Virus record (IMG/VR): IMGVR_UViG_3300021964_000087
Location: 1-55,237 of that record
DNA: 55,237 bases
Reading direction: 5' to 3' (one strand)
Origin: a virus
Lineage: Duplodnaviria > Caudoviricetes
Made by a program: the position numbers and the translations under genes. This document shows positions 18,216 through 28,102 of this stretch, in pieces; the stretch's first letter is position 1; every line of letters begins with the position of its first letter. The notes beneath the pieces are model-generated. The model did no database searches. It saw nothing but the letters and a program-made list of their open reading frames with translations, and had not been told where the DNA came from.

Positions 18216-18385
18216 TGCGCATTGAAGAGATACTAGGTTTTGCAAGAACAAACAGTAAGAAGCACACGGTCAAAAGGCGTCCACCTGAAAAGGAAGAGGA
18301 ACCTATTGCACTAAAGATTAAACAGCGACGAGCAGCAGCAGCCAAGGGCGACGAAAAAGCATTTAAACACGGATTTAAAAAATAA
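18215..18385 (+). CDS. Small basic protein, 56 aa (MRIEEILGFARTNSKKHTVKRRPPEKEEEPIALKIKQRRAAAAKGDEKAFKHGFKK), missing from the ORF track
   Basis: Fills the gp14-gp15 gap exactly, with TAATG stop/start overlaps at both ends and GGAGG upstream. Confidence 0.75.
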   Translation: MRIEEILGFARTNSKKHTVKRRPPEKEEEPIALKIKQRRAAAAKGDEKAFKHGFKK

Positions 18386-19809
18386 TGGATTTTTTCTACG
18401 ACGGACAGATTAGAAGATATGTAACACAGTTTATGAGAATCTTCATTGGCTTTAAGTATGAAGCAGGCAATGGAGATCAACAATCAATTCCTGTTATGTA
18501 TGGCGATTTAACAAGACAGGTAGCAAATATTATTAGAGAAAATTCAGAAAATAAGTTACCAACAGTTCCGAGGATGGCGTGTTATGTTACTGGTCTTGAT
18601 ATTGACACTTCACGATTATCAGATCCAACATTTGTAAGCAAGGTTAATATTAGAGAAAGAGATTATAACATCAATCAAGCAGGCGAAAGAGAATATACAG
18701 GTGCACCAGGAAAAAGTGTTACAGTAGAAAGACTAATGCCAACTCCATACAAAATGACCATGAAGTGCGATATATGGACATCTAATACGGATCAAAAATT
18801 ACAGTTGCTTGAACAAATATTAGTTTTATTTAATCCTTCTTTAGAAATACAAACAAATGACAACTATATAGATTGGACTAGTTTAAGTGTTGTTTACCTT
18901 ACAGGAATGAATTTTACTTCAAGGTCAATACCAGCAGGTGCAGATAGCGATATTGATATATGCTCTGTTGATTTTGAAATTCCAGTATGGATTTCGCCGC
19001 CGGCCAAAGTTAAGAAACTAGGAATTGTCCGTAGCATTATTGCAAACATCTTTACCGAAGATGGTGATGTTCAAAATATTTCTTCTTTAATTTACAATCA
19101 AAGCAATTCAAACACCGTTTACGTAAATGCAAGATATCCGGTATTATTGTTTAAGGCAAATAACGGTCAAGACTATGATTACGAACTTACCATACTAGAT
19201 CAGAGTGCAGCAATACAATCATTAGGACTTGATGAAAAAGAATTTTCAAATGGTAAGAAACTTGATTGGAACGGAGTGTTAGCATCACTAGGAAACTTTA
19301 CGGAAGGAACTAGCATGGTTCATTTTCGACAGCCGGATGGAAATGAGATATCAGGAACAGTTGCAATTAATCCTGTTGATCCTTACATATTGTTAGTCAG
19401 TGTTGATAGAGACACGCTAAAAGAAAATACATTAATCAATAGCACACAATATCCAGACGGTAAGGGAACTGTTGATGCTATCGTCGATCCTACTAGATAC
19501 AATCCCATAGATAAACTAGGAACTATTCCTACGGGTCATAGATTCTTGGTATTAGACGACATACCGGATGACGCCGATGCTTGGAAAAATTTGGATAATA
19601 CAAATACCGTTGTAAGGGCTAATTCCATAATTGAATGGAATGGATCAGCATGGTCTATTATATTTGATCCTGCAACAGTTATTTCAATAACGTATGTTTC
19701 TAACTTAACCACAGGAATTCAATACAAATGGGATGGCATGCAGTGGCTTAAATCCTTTGAAGGAGAATATGCTCCAGGTTATTGGAGATTTGATCCAGAA
19801 GGCGCATAA
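18385..19809 (+). CDS. Tail sheath stabiliser / tail completion protein (gp15-like) with C-terminal extension
   Basis: FFYDGQIRRY, IPVMYG, PRM, MPTPY, QLLEQILVLFNP. Confidence 0.85.
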   Translation: MDFFYDGQIRRYVTQFMRIFIGFKYEAGNGDQQSIPVMYGDLTRQVANIIRENSENKLPTVPRMACYVTGLDIDTSRLSDPTFVSKVNIRERDYNINQAGEREYTGAPGKSVTVERLMPTPYKMTMKCDIWTSNTDQKLQLLEQILVLFNPSLEIQTNDNYIDWTSLSVVYLTGMNFTSRSIPAGADSDIDICSVDFEIPVWISPPAKVKKLGIVRSIIANIFTEDGDVQNISSLIYNQSNSNTVYVNARYPVLLFKANNGQDYDYELTILDQSAAIQSLGLDEKEFSNGKKLDWNGVLASLGNFTEGTSMVHFRQPDGNEISGTVAINPVDPYILLVSVDRDTLKENTLINSTQYPDGKGTVDAIVDPTRYNPIDKLGTIPTGHRFLVLDDIPDDADAWKNLDNTNTVVRANSIIEWNGSAWSIIFDPATVISITYVSNLTTGIQYKWDGMQWLKSFEGEYAPGYWRFDPEGA

Positions 19810-19817
19810 GTATTCGT

Positions 19818-20204
19818 ATGCAAAAACGTGTAGGACTACTTTATCTTTCTCTTTCAACAAGAAGAATTCTACTTATTCTAGAAAATGATAAGTGGACTGT
19901 GCCTACATTCTCCAAGGAAAAATCCGTAATAGAAGATAGTCAAGATGTGCAGGAGAAGTTTGCTCAGGGAAAAATTTTACCTATAGAATTGTATCTTTCC
20001 AAGGATAAGGGTTTCGAATACGGAACTTACATATGTCTCGTAAATGAAGAATTTTTAACAACAACAGTTCCTACATTTTGTTGGGCTGACTTAGATTATC
20101 TTCCCAAAAACGTGCATGTAGGACTAAAGAGCACATTAAATAATAACTTAATTAGAACTAAAATCGAAACAGTATTGGAGTTAGAAGATGCTATCACTTT
20201 ATAA
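19818..20204 (+). CDS. Hypothetical protein, possibly a degenerate NUDIX-fold protein lacking the Nudix box
   Basis: GLLYLS..TRRILL...W.VP...F.Y.TY.CLV.EEF...W.....LP..H.GL pattern, without GX5EX7REUXEE. Confidence 0.45.
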   Translation: MQKRVGLLYLSLSTRRILLILENDKWTVPTFSKEKSVIEDSQDVQEKFAQGKILPIELYLSKDKGFEYGTYICLVNEEFLTTTVPTFCWADLDYLPKNVHVGLKSTLNNNLIRTKIETVLELEDAITL

Positions 20205-20475
20205 ATCAGAAAGATTTCAGAATGATTTACACACCTATAAAGAAGAAATTGAAAAAATTTCCGACGATACCGTTAAAAAGAATGTTGAAAATCTAATTTC
20301 AAAATTAGTATCAGAAGTAAAAAGACTAGATTCTCAACACGAAGAAATGATCATCAATAGACAGATGAGTTCAATGTCAGACGATTCAAAGACACGAATA
20401 ATGGAAATTAGAAAATCAATCGATAAAAAATTAAAGGATTGGAACTCAGTTTCTAGATCGAAGCAAAGTCTTTAA
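20188..20475 (+). CDS. Hypothetical coiled-coil protein
   Basis: 95-aa helical ORF with GGAG upstream, overlapping the previous gene. Confidence 0.6.
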   Translation: MLSLYKSERFQNDLHTYKEEIEKISDDTVKKNVENLISKLVSEVKRLDSQHEEMIINRQMSSMSDDSKTRIMEIRKSIDKKLKDWNSVSRSKQSL

Positions 20476-21700
20476 TTAAAATACTTCCTACCATTGCAAC
20501 ATGGACGCTACACTGATATCTGTATCCTCCACTGATAGTTTCGGGTATCTTCCAATATAGTGTTCCTGTAGTTTTTCCTTGTGCATCAGCACCTGTCGAA
20601 ACAGTTCCGTTTTCAGCAACATGGAATAGTCCGGTGTTATAGTTTACTCCAGCAGAGGTTTGTATAAGGAATGGATGTCCTGATACATTGTTTAAATTAA
20701 ATGCTATTGTTGTTCTGTTGATGGCATATACCGTAGGATTATTTGACGTGCCGTATTGATCAAATCTGTATGCAACTGCTCCTGCATTTGTAACTTCGAG
20801 CATAGTAATTGCAGGAAGATAAACCTTGTTGATTGATAAAGATGCAGTGGTTGCATCAGTTAATTCAGAAAAATTATCAACGCCAGGCTGACTGTTCTCT
20901 ATTGTTATTGTGTCAGTGCCGTCGTTAGTTGTTAGTGCAATACCCACTCCTGCTTGAAGGGTCAATGTGTCTGTTGCACTATCCGCAACAACAGTATTTT
21001 GTCCAGTTACTGCTATATGTGCAAAACTGTTAGTAGTTGCGCCGGATGCTGCCGAAATAGTTAAAGTATCAGTTGATGCATCTGTTGACAGTATAATTCC
21101 AGACCCTGCAGAAACTGTCAACGAATTAGACGGTCCAGAAACAATATCCGATTGTCCTGTTACACTAACTCTTTCAAAACCAGAGGCACCATCTGAAGAG
21201 ATTGTTATTACACCTTCCGGATCGCTTGAAGTCGATATACCAGAACCGCCTACTATTTGTAAGACTTCACCAGCATCAATCTGAACCTGCGTAGAATCAT
21301 CAGCAGCAACGGTTATTGCCCCGGATCCACCTCCGCCGCCTCCGGCTTCTCCTAGATTGGCTACTGCTACCCACTGTCCTGCATGTGCAAAATACAATCT
21401 ACCTTCTGCATGAACATGTGCAATCATTCCATGATATGTTGTAGGATTTACTTCACTTTGTAAGTCTGCAAGAGTATCCCAATGAAATCTTATTTTATTC
21501 TTTTGTGCTGTGATATCAACACTGCCATCGCTACTGGTTTTAAATAGTGATTGTCCACCAGCAGTATTACCATCATATAAACGCAGTGTGTTGTTATCTT
21601 GGTCGAAAAATATTTCGCCTCTCAAACCGCTTTTTCGATCAAGATAGTCGGCGTCTCTTGGAATAATTCTTATTGCATTGTAAACTGGTATTTTGGACAT
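20453..21700 (-). CDS. Virion fibre-like protein with a C-terminal cupredoxin-like motif
   Basis: GEIFFD..NNTLRLYDG fibre N-terminus, repeated DTLT..AG.GI.L.T units, GHPF...YQCSVHVAMVG. Confidence 0.65.
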   Translation of the reverse strand: MSKIPVYNAIRIIPRDADYLDRKSGLRGEIFFDQDNNTLRLYDGNTAGGQSLFKTSSDGSVDITAQKNKIRFHWDTLADLQSEVNPTTYHGMIAHVHAEGRLYFAHAGQWVAVANLGEAGGGGGGSGAITVAADDSTQVQIDAGEVLQIVGGSGISTSSDPEGVITISSDGASGFERVSVTGQSDIVSGPSNSLTVSAGSGIILSTDASTDTLTISAASGATTNSFAHIAVTGQNTVVADSATDTLTLQAGVGIALTTNDGTDTITIENSQPGVDNFSELTDATTASLSINKVYLPAITMLEVTNAGAVAYRFDQYGTSNNPTVYAINRTTIAFNLNNVSGHPFLIQTSAGVNYNTGLFHVAENGTVSTGADAQGKTTGTLYWKIPETISGGYRYQCSVHVAMVGSILIKDFASI

Positions 21701-21745
21701 ACTGTATTTATGCGATAAGTAAATATAAGGATTAAGGAAGAACGA

Positions 21746-21985
21746 ATGAATTTAACCATTAATATATTCAAAAATCAAGAAATAAATCCGGCATTTGTCA
21801 AGGGCAATACATCTATTGTTAGCGATAATCTTGGTAAGTTTCAATCGAGCAGTGAGCAAGAAATGCTGTTAAAGAACCTATGGAAAACAAAACATAAATG
21901 TGATCTTGACATAGAAAAAGCAACGCTAACTTTTGATGATTATCAATCTATGATGGTTTTTATGCTTAAAAATTCGTCGGCTTAA
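21746..21985 (+). CDS. Hypothetical protein
   Basis: 79 aa; TAAATA at 21720-21725 and AAGGA SD upstream. Confidence 0.55.
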   Translation: MNLTINIFKNQEINPAFVKGNTSIVSDNLGKFQSSSEQEMLLKNLWKTKHKCDLDIEKATLTFDDYQSMMVFMLKNSSA

Positions 21986-22323
21986 TCGACCCAGAAAGAA
22001 TTTATTTTTAAATCAATACCTAACTTAGAACAAAAAGTTTTTACATCGTTTCCTGCGTTATTACCAGAAAAAACCTTGCTACCATTTTTTCTATCTGAGA
22101 ATACTCCGTAGGTAACAAGATATAATTCAATTCTAGGTTTAGCAGCAACATACACACCGATAGTTCCTGGCAAAAAATAAACTTCTTCCCATAGATCAAT
22201 ATTCGTTATATTGTTGCTTTCGGTAATTTGTATCTGATGAGAATGATAATTCTCAGGAGGTGTTGTTGTTGTTTGACTAGCCCAAACATCCGCGAAAATC
22301 TGCTTGGTTGTTTTGAACAGCAT
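21982..22323 (-). CDS. Hypothetical protein, paralogue of 27564..28031
   Basis: Shared motifs FKTT, D(L/I)WE, GVY.A..P..E.Y.V, LG.DL....W. Confidence 0.65.
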   Translation of the reverse strand: MLFKTTKQIFADVWASQTTTTPPENYHSHQIQITESNNITNIDLWEEVYFLPGTIGVYVAAKPRIELYLVTYGVFSDRKNGSKVFSGNNAGNDVKTFCSKLGIDLKINSFWVD

Positions 22324-22841
22324 TATTCAATAGGACCTTCTTCTACCCCTAGAACTATTCTCATAATTCCTTCCTTATCAAGTTCCCATTCCTGGTTTTC
22401 CTCATTCCATACGTAAGTCTTGTTTATATCTGCTGGATCGCTTGGATCTGGTTTTGGAGCAACGTATTTTTGTCCATCCCATATCCATGAAGGATATGGA
22501 GGTTTTGGTAAGGGACACACAAATTCGTGCATATGATAATGACGTTCTCCTGAATCTTCGGCCCAAAACATTATTTTGTATTTTGAATTATACTTTAACA
22601 TTGTTGGATATTCGTCAAGATACATCAGATCACTCTTTTTAAACCTAATGCCAAGCGGCGGGAAACCTTCAACTTGTTTGAGTTCTTCATCCTCAAAGAT
22701 TTCATATCCAAATTTAAAGTTATCTAGCTCTTTATCAGTTTCAAATTTTATTGCCAAGAATGTTTGTAAAGGCTCTATATTTACATTTTCAACAGTCCAA
22801 TTTTTTTCGTCAATATTGTATTTTGCTTCTATTTTACTCAT
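22323..22841 (-). CDS. Hypothetical protein with a Pro/Trp-rich C-terminal module typical of phage tail-fibre-associated proteins
   Basis: PKPPYPSWIWD...APKPDP...YVWNEENQEW. Confidence 0.6.
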   Translation of the reverse strand: MSKIEAKYNIDEKNWTVENVNIEPLQTFLAIKFETDKELDNFKFGYEIFEDEELKQVEGFPPLGIRFKKSDLMYLDEYPTMLKYNSKYKIMFWAEDSGERHYHMHEFVCPLPKPPYPSWIWDGQKYVAPKPDPSDPADINKTYVWNEENQEWELDKEGIMRIVLGVEEGPIE

Positions 22842-22900
22842 TTTATCCTCTATTCAGTATCAACTGATTGATATAAACTACACATATAAATACTTATCAA

Positions 22901-23545
22901 ATGTGCGTGGATGTATTTAAACAAATGGATATAAAAGTATATGATGTAGTAGGATTTCCTCTCGTAGTAATTGATAATTTCTACAGTGAAAAATCTTGTG
23001 ATAGTATCTGGCAAGAATTATGCTTTTTGAATAGCGACGGTAGAAAATTAAAAATGCCAGAAGATACCGGTGGCGCAATACGCGAACAAGAGTCTGAAAC
23101 TATTTCTTTAAAAAAGAACAAAGGTTTAAGACTCGAGGATGCATACGCAGATAGGAATATTTCAAACATTTTTTTCGAAAATAGAAAAATTTTTGATGAA
23201 GAAATTGTTAAGAAATTAGAATCCATCAGTCCAATTTTTAGATATCTGTCATTATCAAATAGTGACGTAACTATTATGCATTATTATGAAAATAATGATT
23301 ACTATCTTGCACACAGGGACGGTGCTGCTATTACAGCCGTAAGTTGGTTTTATAAATTTCCAAAATCATTTAAGGGCGGCAATTTAAAATTTGAAAATGG
23401 GTTATCCATCGAATGTATTCATAATAGGACTGTTATATTTCCATCATTTTTAGAACATTCTGTGGATGAGATTATAATGGATCAAGAAAAAACAAGTAAT
23501 AATTATGGTAGATATTCCTTAACACATATGATTGGAGTTTATTAA
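22901..23545 (+). CDS. 2OG-Fe(II) oxygenase (prolyl-4-hydroxylase-like)
   Basis: YY...DYY.AHRD, FKGGNL.F, IFPS..EHSV, GRYS; full TATAAATA at 22885-22892. Confidence 0.85.
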   Translation: MCVDVFKQMDIKVYDVVGFPLVVIDNFYSEKSCDSIWQELCFLNSDGRKLKMPEDTGGAIREQESETISLKKNKGLRLEDAYADRNISNIFFENRKIFDEEIVKKLESISPIFRYLSLSNSDVTIMHYYENNDYYLAHRDGAAITAVSWFYKFPKSFKGGNLKFENGLSIECIHNRTVIFPSFLEHSVDEIIMDQEKTSNNYGRYSLTHMIGVY

Positions 23546-23560
23546 TGAAAGTGAGGGAAA

Positions 23561-24196
23561 ATGAGTAGAATGATTAATGGAATTTTTCCAGGAAGAATAG
23601 AGCCATCTGTTATGCTGGCTGGTAATATTGCTGTATATGAAAATATATGGCCAAATCCTGAACAAACTATAGAAGCGGCTAATAATGAATGTGCTAATCC
23701 AGAATCGGGAGCATACTGGCGGAGGGCAGAAACACACGGGCAGGGTGCTCATCAAACACACAGGACAAACAAACTTTTAGATATTACACATTTGGCTACT
23801 GTTAATGATAATAAACTTTTACAGAATATTCACAATCAGTTTTACATGTTATTGATGGCAGCCAGTGTTCCGTATGCTGAAAGATGTCAAATTACTGAAA
23901 CTTTATTTCATGAAGGTTATTGTTTGTTAAAATATTCAAACGATCAGGAATATAAACAACATTATGATACTGATACATCGGGTGGTAGAATTATTTCATG
24001 CATATGCTATCTTAATAATGACTTTGAAGGCGGAGAATTAGAATTTCCTAATTTTGATATTAAAATAAAACCACAGCCTGGAATGTTAATTTTATTTCCA
24101 TCAAATTATGCATATACGCACATTGCACACCCTGTAACTTCAGGAAAAAAATATGCATTAGTAACATGGATTAAAGATAGAGACCTTAACGCATGA
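23561..24196 (+). CDS. 2OG-Fe(II) oxygenase (prolyl-4-hydroxylase-like)
   Basis: LLKY...QEYKQHYD, YLNNDFEGGELEF, LFPSNYAYTHIAHPV..G.KY..VTW. Confidence 0.9.
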   Translation: MSRMINGIFPGRIEPSVMLAGNIAVYENIWPNPEQTIEAANNECANPESGAYWRRAETHGQGAHQTHRTNKLLDITHLATVNDNKLLQNIHNQFYMLLMAASVPYAERCQITETLFHEGYCLLKYSNDQEYKQHYDTDTSGGRIISCICYLNNDFEGGELEFPNFDIKIKPQPGMLILFPSNYAYTHIAHPVTSGKKYALVTWIKDRDLNA

Positions 24197-24798
24197 GTTT
24201 CAAAGACAAAAAATACAGCATAGTTAGGTCAGTTATATCCGATGAATTGAGAGATTTTGTTACTCAGTATGCATTGTTTGACGAAATGCAGGATTTTAAC
24301 TTAGAAAAGGGTGATGGTCAGGTTCCGAATGCTCATTCAAAGTATGGAGACCCGGCAATGGAAACCGTTTTATTGAATCTTAAAAACCCCATGGAAGAGA
24401 CTACTGGATTAGAACTACTGCCGACCTATTCATACTACAGGGTATATAGAAAAGGCGATGATTTAAAACCGCACACTGATAGACCTTCTTGCGAAGTGTC
24501 GGCAACACTTTGTTTTAATTATAGTTATGATGATAATGTATACAACTATCCTATCTTTGTGGAGGGTAAAGAAATTATTCTTAAACCAGGAGATATGGTG
24601 GTATACAGAGGGTTAGAATTAAGTCATTGGAGAGAATCAATGAATGTAGGTGCCGATGATTGGCAAGTGCAGGGATTTTTTCATTATGTTGATGCAAATG
24701 GTCCTTATGCGGAGTGGCAAAATGATAAGAGAAACACAGTCGGTGAGCCTAGAGGAACACCTATTTCCAATCAACAAACACACATGGTTTGGAAATAA
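24193..24798 (+). CDS. 2OG-Fe(II) oxygenase-like protein
   Basis: PTYSYYRVY..GD.LKPHTDRPSCEVS, PGD.VVYRG....HWRE, Q.FFHYV; HxD...H triad. Confidence 0.8.
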   Translation: MSFKDKKYSIVRSVISDELRDFVTQYALFDEMQDFNLEKGDGQVPNAHSKYGDPAMETVLLNLKNPMEETTGLELLPTYSYYRVYRKGDDLKPHTDRPSCEVSATLCFNYSYDDNVYNYPIFVEGKEIILKPGDMVVYRGLELSHWRESMNVGADDWQVQGFFHYVDANGPYAEWQNDKRNTVGEPRGTPISNQQTHMVWK

Positions 24799-25484
24799 TG
24801 TCTATCAACATCTATTGGTGCTGTATCGAAAAGGAATGGATGAGAGCAGAACCTCCTATGCCTATTTTAAATTCTTTCTCTGAAGAAAATAAGTATACAG
24901 AATCTGGTATACTTAGATGTCCGGCAATGAGAGATGAAATGAACAATACGTTTTCGTTAAGTTCCATATATGATTATAATTTTACAATATCAGAAAATGA
25001 TGTTTCAAGTCCTATGTATGATCAAGAATTTTTCAATAAGCACATTATAATTAGATCTGTCAAGGAACGCATTTTTAGTTTTAGCCAAGAAATAATATTT
25101 TTTACGGATGAGCCTTCCCTAATGATGAGTGCAAACTTGCACCCTTATCTAGAAAATAATGAAATAACCAAAAGATGTATTTCATTGCCTGGAAAATTTG
25201 ACATAGGTAAATGGTTTAGAACCGTAGAATACGGATTCAAATTAAATGAAAATTTTAATGAATTTAAAATTAATATGGGTGATGTTTATCAATACATTAC
25301 CTTCCATACAAACGAAAAGATTGTTTTTAAACAATTTTATAAAACAGACAAGATTCAACAAATGCTTTATGATACTAGAGATATCAGATCAAATCGAAAA
25401 AACTTTGTTTTACTTGATTGGTTTTATAAAAAATTTAGATTCAAAAATTTTGTTCTTGATGAAATAAAGAAAAATTTAGTATGA
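24798..25484 (+). CDS. Hypothetical protein within the oxygenase operon (start revised to MSINIYW)
   Basis: TAATG coupling with the upstream gene; RCPA and PGKFDIGKWFR motifs; no clear HxD triad. Confidence 0.65.
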   Translation: MSINIYWCCIEKEWMRAEPPMPILNSFSEENKYTESGILRCPAMRDEMNNTFSLSSIYDYNFTISENDVSSPMYDQEFFNKHIIIRSVKERIFSFSQEIIFFTDEPSLMMSANLHPYLENNEITKRCISLPGKFDIGKWFRTVEYGFKLNENFNEFKINMGDVYQYITFHTNEKIVFKQFYKTDKIQQMLYDTRDIRSNRKNFVLLDWFYKKFRFKNFVLDEIKKNLV

Positions 25485-26110
25485 TGGAAATGATAGACCT
25501 TTTTTCTACAAAAATATACAAAACAAAAATTGATAAAAATTTGTATAATTATGATGAACTTTTGTCAATTATTGAAGAAAATTATAAAATTCAACCAAGT
25601 AGGTTGGACGTAACAGATTTTACTGCTAATACTCATAACTACTATGAGGGATGGAATAACGAAAAATTTAAAAAATTAAATTTAGAATATCTATCAAAAA
25701 TTTATTTTAAAGAAACTAAAAAATTCTTTACTTACTATAAAATTGAAGAGAATGTAGATTGGTCAATGTCGATTGTAAACCTAAGCGCAAGTAAAAAACA
25801 TCAAGGTATTGCTATACACGACCATCTTCCTGCCTTCTATTCAACTGTTCATTATCTAAGATTAACACAAGAGCAGCAAAAAATAAGATTTTTTAATCCG
25901 TTAAGCATAGGAAAATATACAGGGTCTTTATATAATCTTGACAAGATAAAAAACCATATTGATAATTCAAACCTATATCAATCTTGGACTTTTGATGTAG
26001 AAGAAGATGATATGATATTTTTTCCATCATATTTAGAGCATGATGTAGTTTATGGTGAAACTGATGATTTGCGAATTTCTATATCTAATAATATTTATTT
26101 GGAACAATAA
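25481..26110 (+). CDS. 2OG-Fe(II) oxygenase, TIGR02466-like
   Basis: LFSTKIY, HDH...YSTVHYL, FFNP, EDDMIFFPSYLEHDV, RISIS.N. Confidence 0.78.
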   Translation: MMEMIDLFSTKIYKTKIDKNLYNYDELLSIIEENYKIQPSRLDVTDFTANTHNYYEGWNNEKFKKLNLEYLSKIYFKETKKFFTYYKIEENVDWSMSIVNLSASKKHQGIAIHDHLPAFYSTVHYLRLTQEQQKIRFFNPLSIGKYTGSLYNLDKIKNHIDNSNLYQSWTFDVEEDDMIFFPSYLEHDVVYGETDDLRISISNNIYLEQ

Positions 26111-27567
26111 TGAAAGAAATAAAGAAAATTTTAATTGTAGGTGGCGGAACTGCTGGATTAATTACGGCACTAATTCTTAAGAAGCATTTAAACATGCAGG
26201 TTGATGTTGTATATTCCAAAGATATAGGAATTATTGGTGTAGGTGAAGGATCAACCGAACACTTCAGGGATTTCTTACAATTCGTAGGCATCGATCATTA
26301 CGAATTACTTAAACAGTGTGATGCTACATACAAGTCAGGAATAATGTTTAAGGATTGGGGTTCAAAGGATTATCTACATAATGTGGGCGAACCCTTTAAC
26401 AATAGAGTGGGCCAGTATCCTATGGTTTATGCTAATCAAATAGCCAAAGGAGATACAATAGTAACTTCTCCGTTACTATGGAAAAATAAAATTAACAAAT
26501 GGTTTATCAACCAGAGAGAAGAGTTTCCATTTAATCAATTTCATTTTAACACACATAAATTAAACGACTTTCTAATAACCATTGCAAAGGACATGGGCGT
26601 TGGTCTTTATGATGATAAAATCGTAGATGTTATATTAGATGAGTCTGGAGATATAGCATATCTACAAGGAGAAAAAACTCTACATAATTATGACTTCTAT
26701 ATTGATTCAACAGGGTTTAGAAGAATATTAATGAATAAACTAGGTGCTAGGTGGGAGTCTTTTGGAAAATATCTAAAAATGAAGTCTGCAATTACATTTC
26801 CTACAGGAGACACTGAAGAATATAATTTATGGACGCTGGCAAAGGCCATGAAAAATGGATGGATGTTTAGGATCCCTGTTTGGGGTAGGCATGGTAATGG
26901 TTACATATATGACAGTGATTATACCGATGCTGAACAGGCAAAAAAAGAAGTAGAAGAATACTTTGGACATGATATTGAGGTAGGCAAGGAATTTAATTTT
27001 GATCCAGGTAAATTAGATAGAGCATGGATAAGAAATTGTGTTGCCGTAGGACTTAGTGGCAGTTTTGTCGAACCGTTAGAGGCAACTAGTATCGGTTCTT
27101 CCATAGTCCAAAGTTTTATGCTGATGCATAAAATTGTTAATTATGATCAAAACACAATTGACAAATATAATAAATCGTTTGATGACATTCTATACAACAT
27201 AAGAGATTTCATTATTCTACATTATATAAATGATAGAAGAGATTCTGATTTCTGGAAAGACATTAGCAAATTAGAACTTCCAGAGTCGCTATTAAAAAAT
27301 ATAGAAACTTGGAAAAACAAATTACCGCTTGATGAAGATTTTAATACGGTATCAGATTATGTTCTATTTAAGGCTGCAAACTTTACCGTAGTTATGGAAG
27401 GATTAAATCTCTTCAACCGAGAAAACATAATTAAAGAATATAATTCATATCAATATCAATTTAAGGATTATGCCGTAGGAGATTTAAGGCATCATTTTGA
27501 GTTTAATAAATCAATAACAACTATAGGTCACAAAGAATATATTTCCATAATAAGAAAATATTTTTAA
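26110..27567 (+). CDS. Flavin-dependent halogenase, tryptophan 7-halogenase (PrnA)-like
   Basis: GGGTAG FAD motif, IGVGEGS, catalytic-Lys region DATYK.GI.F, IDSTGF, GWMFRIP (variant of WxWxIP), FVEPLEATS. Confidence 0.88.
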   Translation: MKEIKKILIVGGGTAGLITALILKKHLNMQVDVVYSKDIGIIGVGEGSTEHFRDFLQFVGIDHYELLKQCDATYKSGIMFKDWGSKDYLHNVGEPFNNRVGQYPMVYANQIAKGDTIVTSPLLWKNKINKWFINQREEFPFNQFHFNTHKLNDFLITIAKDMGVGLYDDKIVDVILDESGDIAYLQGEKTLHNYDFYIDSTGFRRILMNKLGARWESFGKYLKMKSAITFPTGDTEEYNLWTLAKAMKNGWMFRIPVWGRHGNGYIYDSDYTDAEQAKKEVEEYFGHDIEVGKEFNFDPGKLDRAWIRNCVAVGLSGSFVEPLEATSIGSSIVQSFMLMHKIVNYDQNTIDKYNKSFDDILYNIRDFIILHYINDRRDSDFWKDISKLELPESLLKNIETWKNKLPLDEDFNTVSDYVLFKAANFTVVMEGLNLFNRENIIKEYNSYQYQFKDYAVGDLRHHFEFNKSITTIGHKEYISIIRKYF

Positions 27568-28031
27568 ATATCTTTAGTAGGAAAAATAAAAGTATTTGGG
27601 TCAGGTTTAGGATCATTATATACCCAGGCTTTATCATCAGGAATCCATGTGTTATAAACCTGTAAATCCATACCTAATTCCTTAGCTCTCTTGAATACTT
27701 TTTTCTGAGCACCTTGCCCGTAATAGGTTTCTATTTTTTTAGAATCGACTGAAACTCCATCCACTACCCTTGGTGCATTTCTATTATCATAGCCTGTAAT
27801 TACCATATAAAATTCTGCATAAGGTTGCCAGGCTGCATACACTCCAGCACCGCCCATTCCAATGGATATTACTTCCCAAATATCAACATCTTCTACCGTC
27901 ATTTCTCTTTTGTAGTCCCAGTCGGTTTTTGGTGGTAAAACTACTTTATCCGAATCCATCCAATTTGAATCCCATAATTCGTCCTGATCCACTCTGGTTA
28001 GTATATTGTATGTTGTTTTAAATTGAGGCAT
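27564..28031 (-). CDS. Hypothetical protein, paralogue of 21982..22323
   Basis: Shared motifs listed for 21982..22323; Trp/Asp-rich N-terminal half. Confidence 0.7.
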   Translation of the reverse strand: MPQFKTTYNILTRVDQDELWDSNWMDSDKVVLPPKTDWDYKREMTVEDVDIWEVISIGMGGAGVYAAWQPYAEFYMVITGYDNRNAPRVVDGVSVDSKKIETYYGQGAQKKVFKRAKELGMDLQVYNTWIPDDKAWVYNDPKPDPNTFIFPTKDI

Positions 28032-28102
28032 TTTAAATCCAGTTCGTTATATATGTTTATAGTTGGTCTATAAATACTTTAAATTTATTTATCAGGAAAC
28101 AC

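Noticed and set aside
18193-18483. 96-aa minus-strand ORF
   Set aside because: Antisense shadow of the coupled plus-strand genes gp14 / 56-aa ORF / gp15.
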